This document shows positions 51,608-60,205 of a stretch of DNA of 64,000 bases, one piece after another; position 1 is the stretch's first letter; every line of letters begins with the position of its first letter. Source of the stretch: an uncultured cyanobacterium. Lineage in GTDB: Bacteria > Cyanobacteriota > Cyanobacteriia > Cyanobacteriales > CAWUOF01. The notes beneath the pieces are model-generated. The model was not told where the DNA came from. It was given only the letters and a program-made list of their open reading frames with translations, and made no database searches. The stretch spans positions 1,472,001-1,536,000 of the forward strand of contig CAVUSO010000001.1 in assembly GCA_963744145.1 (NCBI GenBank), given 5' to 3'. The position numbers and the translations under genes were made by a program.

Positions 51608-51758
51608 CAACTTATCATGACGTTTGAGCATTAATTTTCAGTCAGTATTTCCCCGTAATTGCGATCGCCGGTCAAATTGTGTTTGAGCCAGTCAAGAATT
51701 GATAGAATAGGGATAGTTAATCATCAACTTAGCCCCCCAATAGAGCAGGAGTAGTAGC

Positions 51759-52460
51759 ATGGTCCAACAACTCCAACCAGAAATTATCTATCCTGAGAGC
51801 GACGGTCAACCGATGGCTGATAACACCGAACAATTTAACTGGATTGTGATTATTAAAGAGAATTTAGAAAGATTATTTGCTGGGATAGCTAATGTATTTA
51901 TCGCGGGTAATCTGCTCTGGTATCCAGTTCAGGGAAGTTCACAATCAGCAGCGCCCGATGTGATGGTCATCTTTGGGAGACCAAAAGGTAAACGAGGTTC
52001 CTATCAACAATGGCTCGAAGAAAATATTCACCCTCAAGTAGTATTTGAAATTTTGTCTCCTAGCAATAACGCTACCGAAATGTTGAATAAATTCCTATTC
52101 TATCAACAATATGGGGTAGAAGAATATTACATTTATGATCCCCAACGAGTGGAATTGAGTGGCTTTTTGCGTCGAGGAGAAATCTTAGAAGCGATCGATC
52201 AGATCCAAGGATGGGTTAGTCCCAGATTAGGAATCAGATTTGAACTCACACCAGACACTTTGGAGATTTATCGTCCCGATGGAGAGAAATTTCTTACCTC
52301 GATCGAACTAGATCAACTCACTCAACAAGAACGTCAACGTGCTGAACAAGCTATAACCCAGCTTGAGCAAGCTATGACCCAGCTTGAGCAAGAAAGACAG
52401 AATTATCAAGCTTTACTAGCACTATTGCAAGCAAAAGGTATTGATTTAGAGCAATTATAG
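51759..52460 (+). CDS. Uma2-family putative endonuclease, copy 4
   Basis: Tandem copy. Confidence 0.92.
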   Translation: MVQQLQPEIIYPESDGQPMADNTEQFNWIVIIKENLERLFAGIANVFIAGNLLWYPVQGSSQSAAPDVMVIFGRPKGKRGSYQQWLEENIHPQVVFEILSPSNNATEMLNKFLFYQQYGVEEYYIYDPQRVELSGFLRRGEILEAIDQIQGWVSPRLGIRFELTPDTLEIYRPDGEKFLTSIELDQLTQQERQRAEQAITQLEQAMTQLEQERQNYQALLALLQAKGIDLEQL

Positions 52461-52611
52461 CAACTTGTCATGGCGTTTGAGCATTAATTTTCAGTCAGTA
52501 TTTCCCCGTAATTGCGATCGCGGGTCAAATTGTGTTTGAGCCAGTCAAGAATTGATAGAATAGGGATAGTTAATCATCAACTTAGCCCCCCAACAGCTTA
52601 GGAGTAGTAGC

Positions 52612-53334
52612 ATGGTTCAACAACTCCAACCAGAAATTATCTATCCTGAGAGCGACGGTCAACCGATGGCTGATAACACTGAACAATTTAACTGGATTGT
52701 AATTATTAAAGAGAATTTAGAAAGATTATTTGCTGGGATAGTTAATGTATTTATCGCGGGTAATCTGCTCTGGTATCCAGTTCAGGGAAGTTTACAATCA
52801 GCAGCGCCCGATGTGATGGTCATCTTTGGGAGACCAAAAGGTAAACGGGGTTCTTATCAACAATGGCTCGAAGCAAATATTTACCCTCAAGTCGTCTTTG
52901 AAATTTTGTCTCCCAGCAATAACGCTACCGAAATGTTGAATAAATTCCTATTCTATCAACAATATGGGGTGGAAGAATATTACATTTATGATCCCCAACG
53001 AGTCGAATTGAGTGGCTTTTTGCGTCGAGGAGAAATCTTAGAAGCGATCGATCAGATCCAAGGATGGGTTAGTCCCAGATTAGGAATCAGATTTGAACTC
53101 AAACCAGACACTTTGGAGATTTATCGTCCCGATGGAGAGAAGTTTCTTACCTCGATCGAACTAGATCAACTCACTCAACAAGAGCGTCAACGTGCTGAAC
53201 AAGAACGTCAACGTGCTGAACAAGCTATAACCCAGCTTGAGCAAGCTATGACCCAGCTTGAGCAAGAAAGACAGAATTATCAAGCTTTACTAGCACTATT
53301 GCAAGCAAAGGGTATTGATTTAGAGCAATTATAG
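52612..53334 (+). CDS. Uma2-family putative endonuclease, copy 5
   Basis: Tandem copy. Confidence 0.92.
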   Translation: MVQQLQPEIIYPESDGQPMADNTEQFNWIVIIKENLERLFAGIVNVFIAGNLLWYPVQGSLQSAAPDVMVIFGRPKGKRGSYQQWLEANIYPQVVFEILSPSNNATEMLNKFLFYQQYGVEEYYIYDPQRVELSGFLRRGEILEAIDQIQGWVSPRLGIRFELKPDTLEIYRPDGEKFLTSIELDQLTQQERQRAEQERQRAEQAITQLEQAMTQLEQERQNYQALLALLQAKGIDLEQL

Positions 53335-53523
53335 CAACTTGTCATGGTGTTTGAGCGATCGCTTAGGAATAGAAATTAAATAATTTGCTTGTTTGTAGGA
53401 AACCATGAGAGTTCGCTTTGCGCTTACTACAAACCAAATCATCAAGTTATTTATTTTTCATTCCTTAATTCACGTAATTTACCAAGGTTTAATCCAGATC
53501 GCTAACATAAAGTTAACAAAAGC

Positions 53524-53943
53524 TCAAACCGATATATTCAACCCAGGAGTAATTTCAACTACATTAATCGTTGCATTCTCAATCACAGTGTTTCCCAAAA
53601 TTGTATCGTGTATTGCATCAAATTTTGATTTTGCTCTAGCAATTCTTTCATAATACAAAGTTACATGATAGCGTTTATTAACAGGTTTTCCTGCCTCGTT
53701 TAACTCTACTGTATCCCATTTTTGATTCTGACACTCTTCAGTTATCTGACGATAATGGGCAGCTAATTTTTCTAATGCGATCGCGATCGAATGTTCTTTA
53801 GTTTGACCATGACAAGATATGTCAGAAGTTGGAGCATCACTTAACGTTGTTGATATTTCGCAGGTATACTGTCCATTAGGTTGAGATCCTAAAATTAAAG
53901 TAATCGTTTCGGTAATAGGATCAGAATTTATTTCAGACATCAA
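53524..53943 (-). CDS. hypothetical protein
   Basis: 139 aa ORF preceded by a GAGGAG ribosome-binding site; no family recognised. Confidence 0.65.
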   Translation of the reverse strand: MMSEINSDPITETITLILGSQPNGQYTCEISTTLSDAPTSDISCHGQTKEHSIAIALEKLAAHYRQITEECQNQKWDTVELNEAGKPVNKRYHVTLYYERIARAKSKFDAIHDTILGNTVIENATINVVEITPGLNISV

Positions 53944-54055
53944 TTTACTCCTCTTCTTCTAATTCTTCTTCTTACGCAAGAGACAGCCAATGTCGTTTGT
54001 AAGAGCAGGCTGCCTCACGCACATAATAATACCAGGACTCATTATAGTTGATTTA

Positions 54056-54147
54056 GGCGTTGCTTAATCAGGGTATAAAAATCCTGTAGGGGCGTATGGC
54101 CATACGCCCCTAAAAATTATTTATTCATACCGTAAATCAGCAACGCC
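54056..54147. mobile_element. small MITE with 9-bp target duplication
   Basis: GGCGTTGCT ... AGCAACGCC ends, GTTGATTTA on both sides, internal palindrome; empty site visible at ~38775 (TATAGTTGATTTACTCCTGC). Confidence 0.8.
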
Positions 54148-54172
54148 GTTGATTTACTCCTGCTACCTACTC

Positions 54173-54820
54173 CTATCTTAACAGATGCGATCGCACCCAT
54201 TCTCTCCAAGCTCTAATTATAGTAGTATCGTCTTCAATTTCGATCAATTGCAAAAACTGATTAATAATCGCGATCGAGACGATAGGAAAATTATAACTAT
54301 ATTCAGAGCTGATATATTCCCCATTTTGAAGTTGATAAAATTCAACCATCTCTCCTCGACAACGCCAAATTTCTGGAATTCCGAGCTGTGTGTAAATTGC
54401 CAATCTGCTACTTGATAAACTGGTAATATCAACTTCAATTACTAAATCGGGTGGAGGATCAGTAGATAGATCAATTCTGCGACCCTGAATCCGGTCAACA
54501 TTTTTTATATAATAGCAGGAATCAGGTTCAGATCCCCGTTGCAAATCTTCCCGATTCAAAGTTACTGAAGCAAATCCTTTTACTCGTAAATTCAGCTCCT
54601 CGGTTAAAGTATTTACCATTCTTTCTAAGAGTTGCTTGTAAGTTTCATGACGATCTGATGGCATTGTTATTTCTAGTGATCCCTGAACATAAGCAAGACG
54701 TAAAGCGCGATGATCTCCCAATTCTACTAACAGCGTTTTGTAAGTTTGCCAGCTAATATTTTGTAAAATAATCCTCTGGGTAGGTGACTGAGGTAAATTT
54801 TCTAGGGCAGTAATTATCAT
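54173..54820 (-). CDS. Uma2-family putative endonuclease (different subfamily)
   Basis: ISWQTY, EPDSCYY, PPDLVIEVDITS, LGIPEIW. Confidence 0.9.
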   Translation of the reverse strand: MIITALENLPQSPTQRIILQNISWQTYKTLLVELGDHRALRLAYVQGSLEITMPSDRHETYKQLLERMVNTLTEELNLRVKGFASVTLNREDLQRGSEPDSCYYIKNVDRIQGRRIDLSTDPPPDLVIEVDITSLSSSRLAIYTQLGIPEIWRCRGEMVEFYQLQNGEYISSEYSYNFPIVSIAIINQFLQLIEIEDDTTIIRAWREWVRSHLLR

Positions 54821-54823
54821 AAC

Positions 54824-55798
54824 TTACTCCAAATATATGTGAATTGAAGCGCGTCCAACTTGTTCTTCAAAAGCTTGTTTTCTGGTGACTATAGTTCGGC
54901 TAATAATTTGCTCGATCGCATTGACAATCCACATATAAGTATGGGTATCTTTTCGATAATCAGCTGGTCCAAAGGAATCAACTCGATCTTGTTGCTGAAG
55001 TGTATTTACTTGGGCAAATTCTTTTTTGGAACCAGGTTTATAAACTCCAAAAGTTTGTCCCCCATTTTGTTTAATGATTGAAAAAGCTGGAATATCTCCT
55101 CCACCATCACCAATATAGATCATATTTTGAAAAGGAATTCTTCTGTCTTCAGGACGCATTTTAGCATTTACATCAATATCAGGGTTTTTGTTGGTGCCTT
55201 TATTAATCTCAAACAAAGCTCTAGTTTTAGTGGTATTATCTATTATATAGGCAACTGCTGCGATCGCATTTGATTCTTCGATCGCAGGTAAATCAGTTGC
55301 TTTCAAATATCCCGGTAAAGGTATTTTTTCCACAAACTCACAACCCCAAACTCCATCAACATAATTTGCAATCTGACTACCCAAAATCATTTGTCTGAGT
55401 CCAGAACTGACTATATAGTGTTCAAGTTTCAAGTCGTACTTAGCATATTGAGGATCTTTTTCTACCAGATTTTTGAGCGTCACAAAAAATTCTGGTAGTC
55501 CTTGATAAAACTCCAGTTGCGCTCCAAACTCGCGTAGCATTTTGTTATTCAATCCTGGAAAAATTTGCGATCGCACATAAGTCAGAATATGATTAAGATA
55601 TAGGGAATCTCTAGAAATTAAATCTAAATTATTTTCCCGTTTATGAAATTCAACAATTCCATTCACTTCATCCCAAAAAGCAGTTGCATCGACATGAAAA
55701 TGCTGAAATAATGGGTCTTGCATATAATTTGGGATCAGGGTTTTGTCGAAATCCCATATTAGTGCGATGATATTTTGTGGAAAGAGGGTGCGTGACAT
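54824..55798 (-). CDS. HAD-superfamily hydrolase/phosphatase
   Basis: Motif I WDFDKTL, motif II IVSSG, KT, motif IV IYIGDGGGD. Confidence 0.85.
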   Translation of the reverse strand: MSRTLFPQNIIALIWDFDKTLIPNYMQDPLFQHFHVDATAFWDEVNGIVEFHKRENNLDLISRDSLYLNHILTYVRSQIFPGLNNKMLREFGAQLEFYQGLPEFFVTLKNLVEKDPQYAKYDLKLEHYIVSSGLRQMILGSQIANYVDGVWGCEFVEKIPLPGYLKATDLPAIEESNAIAAVAYIIDNTTKTRALFEINKGTNKNPDIDVNAKMRPEDRRIPFQNMIYIGDGGGDIPAFSIIKQNGGQTFGVYKPGSKKEFAQVNTLQQQDRVDSFGPADYRKDTHTYMWIVNAIEQIISRTIVTRKQAFEEQVGRASIHIYLE

Positions 55799-55912
55799 TT
55801 AACCAGTTTTTTTTATGGATAGATTTATGCTATCTTAAATTATCACACAACGGAGGAGATTGAACCCAGCCCCCACGGACAATCTTTAATTGAGGTGGGG
55901 TAAGTTTAACAT

Positions 55913-56036
55913 TAGACCTCTTGCAAAAGTCCTTATTGATCTATTTATTGACAGGCAAGATGCCTGTCCCACCAGAAAAAATCCCTTTTGTGGGACAGGC
56001 ATCTTGCCTGTCCTATTTATTTTTGCAAGAGGTCTA
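55913..56036. mobile_element. MITE directly after the dcd stop codon
   Basis: Perfect 16-bp TIRs TAGACCTCTTGCAAAA / TTTTGCAAGAGGTCTA; internal GACAGGCAAGATGCCTGTC palindromes. Confidence 0.8.
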
Positions 56037-56675
56037 TTAAACTTTGGGTAGCACCACTTTTTCCGGTTGATCTTGATATTTACCTGATCTTTGTGCGTAG
56101 GTAGTCTGACAAGAATCTCCTTCCAAAAAAAGTAATTGACAAACACCTTCATTAGCATATATACGTGCATCAGCAGGAGAAGAATTAGAAAATTCTAAAG
56201 TTAAATGTCCTCTCCATCCTGCTTCACCGGGAGTGACATTAGCAATAATCCCACATCGAGCTAGGGTACTTTTTCCCATACAAATCACTGTAATATTTCC
56301 CGGTATTTCTAATCGCTCTAAAGCTACTCCTAACCCGTAGGATCTTCCTGGTAAAATAAAAAACTCTCCATCGCGATCGCGGTGTAGTGCTGTGACTTCT
56401 AAATTATCAGGATTAAACCGTTTGGGATTAACAATCGTCCCCGGTACATGACGAAAAATCCGAAACTCTTGGGGCGATAATCTGATATCATAACCATAAC
56501 TGGAACATCCATAGGATAACACCGATATAGTTTGATCCTCAAATTGCATACTTCGCACCAATTTAGGCTCATAAGGCTCAATCATACCTTGAGCGGCCAT
56601 TTGGGCGATCCAAATATCATTTTTAATCATCATCAATCCTCTAGTGACATAAAAACCGGGTGAGTTAAAAAACAC
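56037..56675 (-). CDS. dcd: dCTP deaminase (true start probably at MMIKND)
   Basis: SYGCSSYGYDIRL, GKSTLARCG, TPGEAGWRGHLTLE, YANEG, KYQDQ. Confidence 0.95.
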   Translation of the reverse strand: MFFNSPGFYVTRGLMMIKNDIWIAQMAAQGMIEPYEPKLVRSMQFEDQTISVLSYGCSSYGYDIRLSPQEFRIFRHVPGTIVNPKRFNPDNLEVTALHRDRDGEFFILPGRSYGLGVALERLEIPGNITVICMGKSTLARCGIIANVTPGEAGWRGHLTLEFSNSSPADARIYANEGVCQLLFLEGDSCQTTYAQRSGKYQDQPEKVVLPKV

Positions 56676-56707
56676 CCGGTCTTTTTTGATCTCATTACCA
56701 ATATTAT

Positions 56708-57235
56708 CTACGGTCGATGACTACGACGTAGTTCAGTAATTTGATCAGCTACTTCCAAAATTGCTGGTGGCATTTCGGGTCCAGTTAAAATAATATCGAT
56801 ATGACCTGGACGTTTTTGTAAAAATTCTAATACCTCTATTTCTGGAATTAAGCCAAATTTAATTGCTAAACTTAACTCATCTAACACTACAAGTTCATAT
56901 TTTCCTTGCAAGACCATTTCCTGGGTATATTCCCACAACTGGTGCAATGATTTAGTTTCTACCTCATCTAGTTGAGGAGTATCAATACAACGAGGTAAAT
57001 CACACCGAATCCAATCTAAATTTTGTCCTAATTGCATAGGATGGAGATGTCCCTGACCAATACCTCCTTTCAAAAATTGGACTACTAGCACAGGTGTCCC
57101 CTGACCAGCAATTCTTAAAGCTTGGGCTATTACATGGGTAAAAAAACTGCGCTGACAACAAGTAAATACTTGAACAAGTCCTTCAATATCATAATGAGAA
57201 TGAGCAGTAGGTCGAATTTCTAACTGTGCCACCAT
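56708..57235 (-). CDS. cob(I)alamin adenosyltransferase-like (CobO/BtuR-like) protein
   Basis: GLVQVFT, VVQFLKGG, VVLDEL, IILTG. Confidence 0.8.
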   Translation of the reverse strand: MVAQLEIRPTAHSHYDIEGLVQVFTCCQRSFFTHVIAQALRIAGQGTPVLVVQFLKGGIGQGHLHPMQLGQNLDWIRCDLPRCIDTPQLDEVETKSLHQLWEYTQEMVLQGKYELVVLDELSLAIKFGLIPEIEVLEFLQKRPGHIDIILTGPEMPPAILEVADQITELRRSHRP

Positions 57236-57300
57236 AGGGTCAATCCAATCAGTTTTTGAGTTTTAAGGGCGGATATCATCTTTACACAGATTCGCCAAGT

Positions 57301-57357
57301 AAACAAGATATAGTGTCCAATGGTCTTTTTTTCTTAATAAAACACTATATCTATATA
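57301..57357. promoter_or_regulatory. tandem candidate NrdR boxes upstream of the cobO-like-dcd operon
   Basis: AAACAAGATATAGTGT (57301-57316) and ACACTATATCTATATA (57342-57357) resemble acaCwAtATaTwGtgt; starts 41 bp apart. Confidence 0.65.
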
Positions 57358-57466
57358 TATTGACCTAAATAACTCTCAGATTTCCGGAAAAATAAAATCA
57401 GTCTCGAGACACCAGACACCAGACACCTGTAAACTTGGCAATGTTGCTTAATAACATCAAATCAAT

Positions 57467-58216
57467 ATGTCTTGGCAGCGTCCTGATGGTAGACTAGCAA
57501 ATCAACTGCGTCCAATTAGGTTTGAACGCGAATTTACTCGCTTTGCTTTGGGTTCAGTGCTAACTCGGTGTGGAGATACTCAGGTTCTTTGTACAGTTAC
57601 CGTGCAACCGGGGGTGCCAAAGTTTTTAGAAAATAGTGGTCAGGGATGGTTAACAGCTGAATACCGGATGTTACCAGGGTCTACTCCCCAAAGACAAGAA
57701 CGGGAATTTATGAAACTCTCTGGTCGAACTCAAGAAATTCAACGGTTAATTGGACGGAGTTTACGATCGGCTTTGGATTTAAAAGCACTCGGAGAACGTA
57801 CCATCATTATCGATGCAGATGTGATTCAAGCCGATGCAGGGACTCGCACCACTGCCATTACTGGGGGATTTGTGGCTTTAGTTGATGCGATCGCCAAATT
57901 AGTTGAGCGAGGAGAATTAGCGCGATCGCCCATTTGCCACCAAGTTGCGGCTATTTCTGTGGGTTTATTAGAAAATGAGGCATTTTTGGATCTCAATTAC
58001 TTAGAAGATGTTGCTGCTACCGTCGATTTTAATATTGTGATGAATGAGCAAATGGGTATTATTGAAACTCAAGGAACTGCTGAATCAGGAACTTTTAGCC
58101 GTTCTCATTTAAATCAAATTATGGATTTAGCGGAACAAGGTATTCAAGAATTATTTATCTTGCAACGCCAAATTATTGGCAATTCCCGAGGTTATAATGC
58201 AATCCGATTCAGTTAA
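57467..58216 (+). CDS. rph: ribonuclease PH
   Basis: [36 protein letters not shown]. Confidence 0.96.
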   Translation: MSWQRPDGRLANQLRPIRFEREFTRFALGSVLTRCGDTQVLCTVTVQPGVPKFLENSGQGWLTAEYRMLPGSTPQRQEREFMKLSGRTQEIQRLIGRSLRSALDLKALGERTIIIDADVIQADAGTRTTAITGGFVALVDAIAKLVERGELARSPICHQVAAISVGLLENEAFLDLNYLEDVAATVDFNIVMNEQMGIIETQGTAESGTFSRSHLNQIMDLAEQGIQELFILQRQIIGNSRGYNAIRFS

Positions 58217-58332
58217 CTGTAGGGGCGAAGCATTCGGGCGATAGTTGAACGCTTAAACGAGTAATATTAGACCCGAATGCTTCGCCCTTCTTCGCCGATA
58301 TCTCCCAAAATATTCTTAACTGAACTGGATTG
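58200..58332. mobile_element. MITE of the 39863 family inserted in the 3' end of rph
   Basis: CAATCCGATTCAGTTAA ... TTAACTGAACTGGATTG; perfect 10-bp duplication GGTTATAATG. Confidence 0.85.
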
Positions 58333-58441
58333 GGTTATAATGACAAAATTGAGGAAATGTAGCAGAGTTGTTTCAGCTTACTAGAACAATTGTTTGACCT
58401 CTCCCCCAACCCCTCTCCTAAGAGGAAAGGGGAGCAAGAAT

Positions 58442-58621
58442 CAATCTGGTTCGGTTAAGTGTAGGGGCGAACGCGAGAGCGTGCCGGAGGCATAGCATTC
58501 GGGCGATAATTGAACACTTAAACTTTACCCTGAGCGGAGTCGAAGGGGAGTAATATTAGACCCGAATGCTTCGCCCTTCTTCGCCGATATCTCCCAAAAT
58601 ATTCTTAACTGAACTGTATTG
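58442..58621. mobile_element. MITE of the same family carrying nested micro-insertions
   Basis: CAATCTGGTTCGGTTAAG ... CTTAACTGAACTGTATTG; interior aligns with 58200-58332 plus two 23-24 nt inserts; no clear target duplication. Confidence 0.75.
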
Positions 58622-58710
58622 GGGAGTATACGAGAATCGAGCATGAAACATCCCTGCTACATTCAAGAATATTAATACACCCTGAGAATTTTTTGATCAA
58701 AGACGTTTTG

Positions 58711-60138
58711 CTAATAAGCACCCTCTTTGCGAAGCACAACTTTCACGGTCTGTAACAAGATTTGGAAATCAAGTCCAAGAGACCAGTTTTGAATGTAGGC
58801 TAAGTCAAGACGGAAAACATCTTCAAAATCGATCAGATCCGAACGACCAGAAACTTGCCAAAGACCAGTTATTCCGGGTAATACTTCCTGACGAATAAAG
58901 TGTCTTTCTGAAAAGCGTTCCACATCACGTAGGGGAAACGGACGGGGACCAACTAAACTCATTTCACCCATCAAAACGTTAATGATTTGTGGTAATTCAT
59001 CCAAGCTATAACGACGCAGAAATTTGCCAATGCGGGTAACGCGAGGGTCTTCTTTCAGCTTGAACATAATTCCATCTTTCATTTCATTTCTTGATTCTAA
59101 ATCCTTCAACAATTGTTCTGCATTAGTCACCATAGTGCGGAATTTCCACACTTTAAAATGACGACCTTTTAATCCAACGCGATTTTGTTTATAAAAGATT
59201 GGACCATCTGAATCAATTTTGATGAGAATTGCTAACAACAGAAACAAAGGACTAGCAAGAGTTAAAATCAAAGCCGCGATCAAAACATCAAAGCCACGCT
59301 TCAACCAAAAATCACTACCAAGAATTGGGGGAGAACGAAAGCGTAGGGTCGTAAAACCATCAATCATCTTAATTTCCGACCATTGACTAGGTAATTCCAA
59401 TCCAATTGGTACTACCCGTAAGTCGATCCCAGCATTTTTTAACTCCCAAAATAGGAAAATTGGATCTTTAACAGATTGCCAAGAACAAACAAAAACTTCA
59501 CTAACTTGTAGTTGCTGGATATTTACCAGAATTTCTGCCCAATGTTCTTCACTATCTCTAGAGGATATATCTGCTTGTCCTCGGACATCAAACTGCGCTC
59601 GTTTATCTAGTAATTTTCGCGCTTTTTGAATATCTTCTGGGTCTCCAATTAAAAAAACTGGCTGACGTACTATCCCTTGACGACGTAAGCCAATGATTGT
59701 TAAATGGAGAATTAGACGCTCTGTAAAAACAAAAATTAAAGTAAATATCCAAGACAACAAGAATGTTGAACGGGATATATTGTTTCCCTGTTTAGACAGA
59801 AAAGCAATTATCAATAATACACCTTGAGCGAGAGTCAAAGATTTGATTAGACTCAAGAAATCGCGTCTTCTGTCGTCCGTTCCGTACAGTCCTGAAGCCG
59901 CAACTATGCCCAAGGTGATTACCAAAATTGTTGGCAAAAACTTTAGCCCTTGGCTAGACTCGGCGAATAGTTCAAAAGCTGTGCTAGAACTTCCCAACAA
60001 GTCTGCTAAGAGCCAAGATATGGACAATATTAGGCTATCAAGAATCACCAAAGTGGCTACTCGAAGCCAGCCAATGCCGGTACCGCGACGAAGTTTTGCA
60101 ACTATCGGAGCGCGTAGGTCAATCCCATTTTTGTGCAT
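58711..60138 (-). CDS. polyprenyl glycosylphosphotransferase (WcaJ/CpsE-type sugar transferase)
   Basis: N-terminal TM helices, KRGFD, WKFRTM, DPRVT, SLDELPQ, MSLVGPRP, PGITGLWQVSGRS. Confidence 0.93.
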   Translation of the reverse strand: MHKNGIDLRAPIVAKLRRGTGIGWLRVATLVILDSLILSISWLLADLLGSSSTAFELFAESSQGLKFLPTILVITLGIVAASGLYGTDDRRRDFLSLIKSLTLAQGVLLIIAFLSKQGNNISRSTFLLSWIFTLIFVFTERLILHLTIIGLRRQGIVRQPVFLIGDPEDIQKARKLLDKRAQFDVRGQADISSRDSEEHWAEILVNIQQLQVSEVFVCSWQSVKDPIFLFWELKNAGIDLRVVPIGLELPSQWSEIKMIDGFTTLRFRSPPILGSDFWLKRGFDVLIAALILTLASPLFLLLAILIKIDSDGPIFYKQNRVGLKGRHFKVWKFRTMVTNAEQLLKDLESRNEMKDGIMFKLKEDPRVTRIGKFLRRYSLDELPQIINVLMGEMSLVGPRPFPLRDVERFSERHFIRQEVLPGITGLWQVSGRSDLIDFEDVFRLDLAYIQNWSLGLDFQILLQTVKVVLRKEGAY

Positions 60139-60205
60139 TGTCTTGTCATTTAGATCGAGCTAAGGATAGTTAAAAGTGTATATTCACCCTTTTTTCACAA
60201 TCTAA

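Noticed and set aside
36529..53334. Uma2 copies as diversity-generating retroelement template and variable repeats
   Set aside because: No reverse transcriptase is in the window, all copies are full genes, and the differences are not evidently adenine-restricted.
36447..54820. Integron cassette array
   Set aside because: No tyrosine recombinase and no attC-like structures were recognised; junctions map to HIP1 instead.
25636..55798. Prophage
   Set aside because: Despite phage-like nucleotide genes, no capsid, terminase, tail, integrase or replication gene is recognisable.
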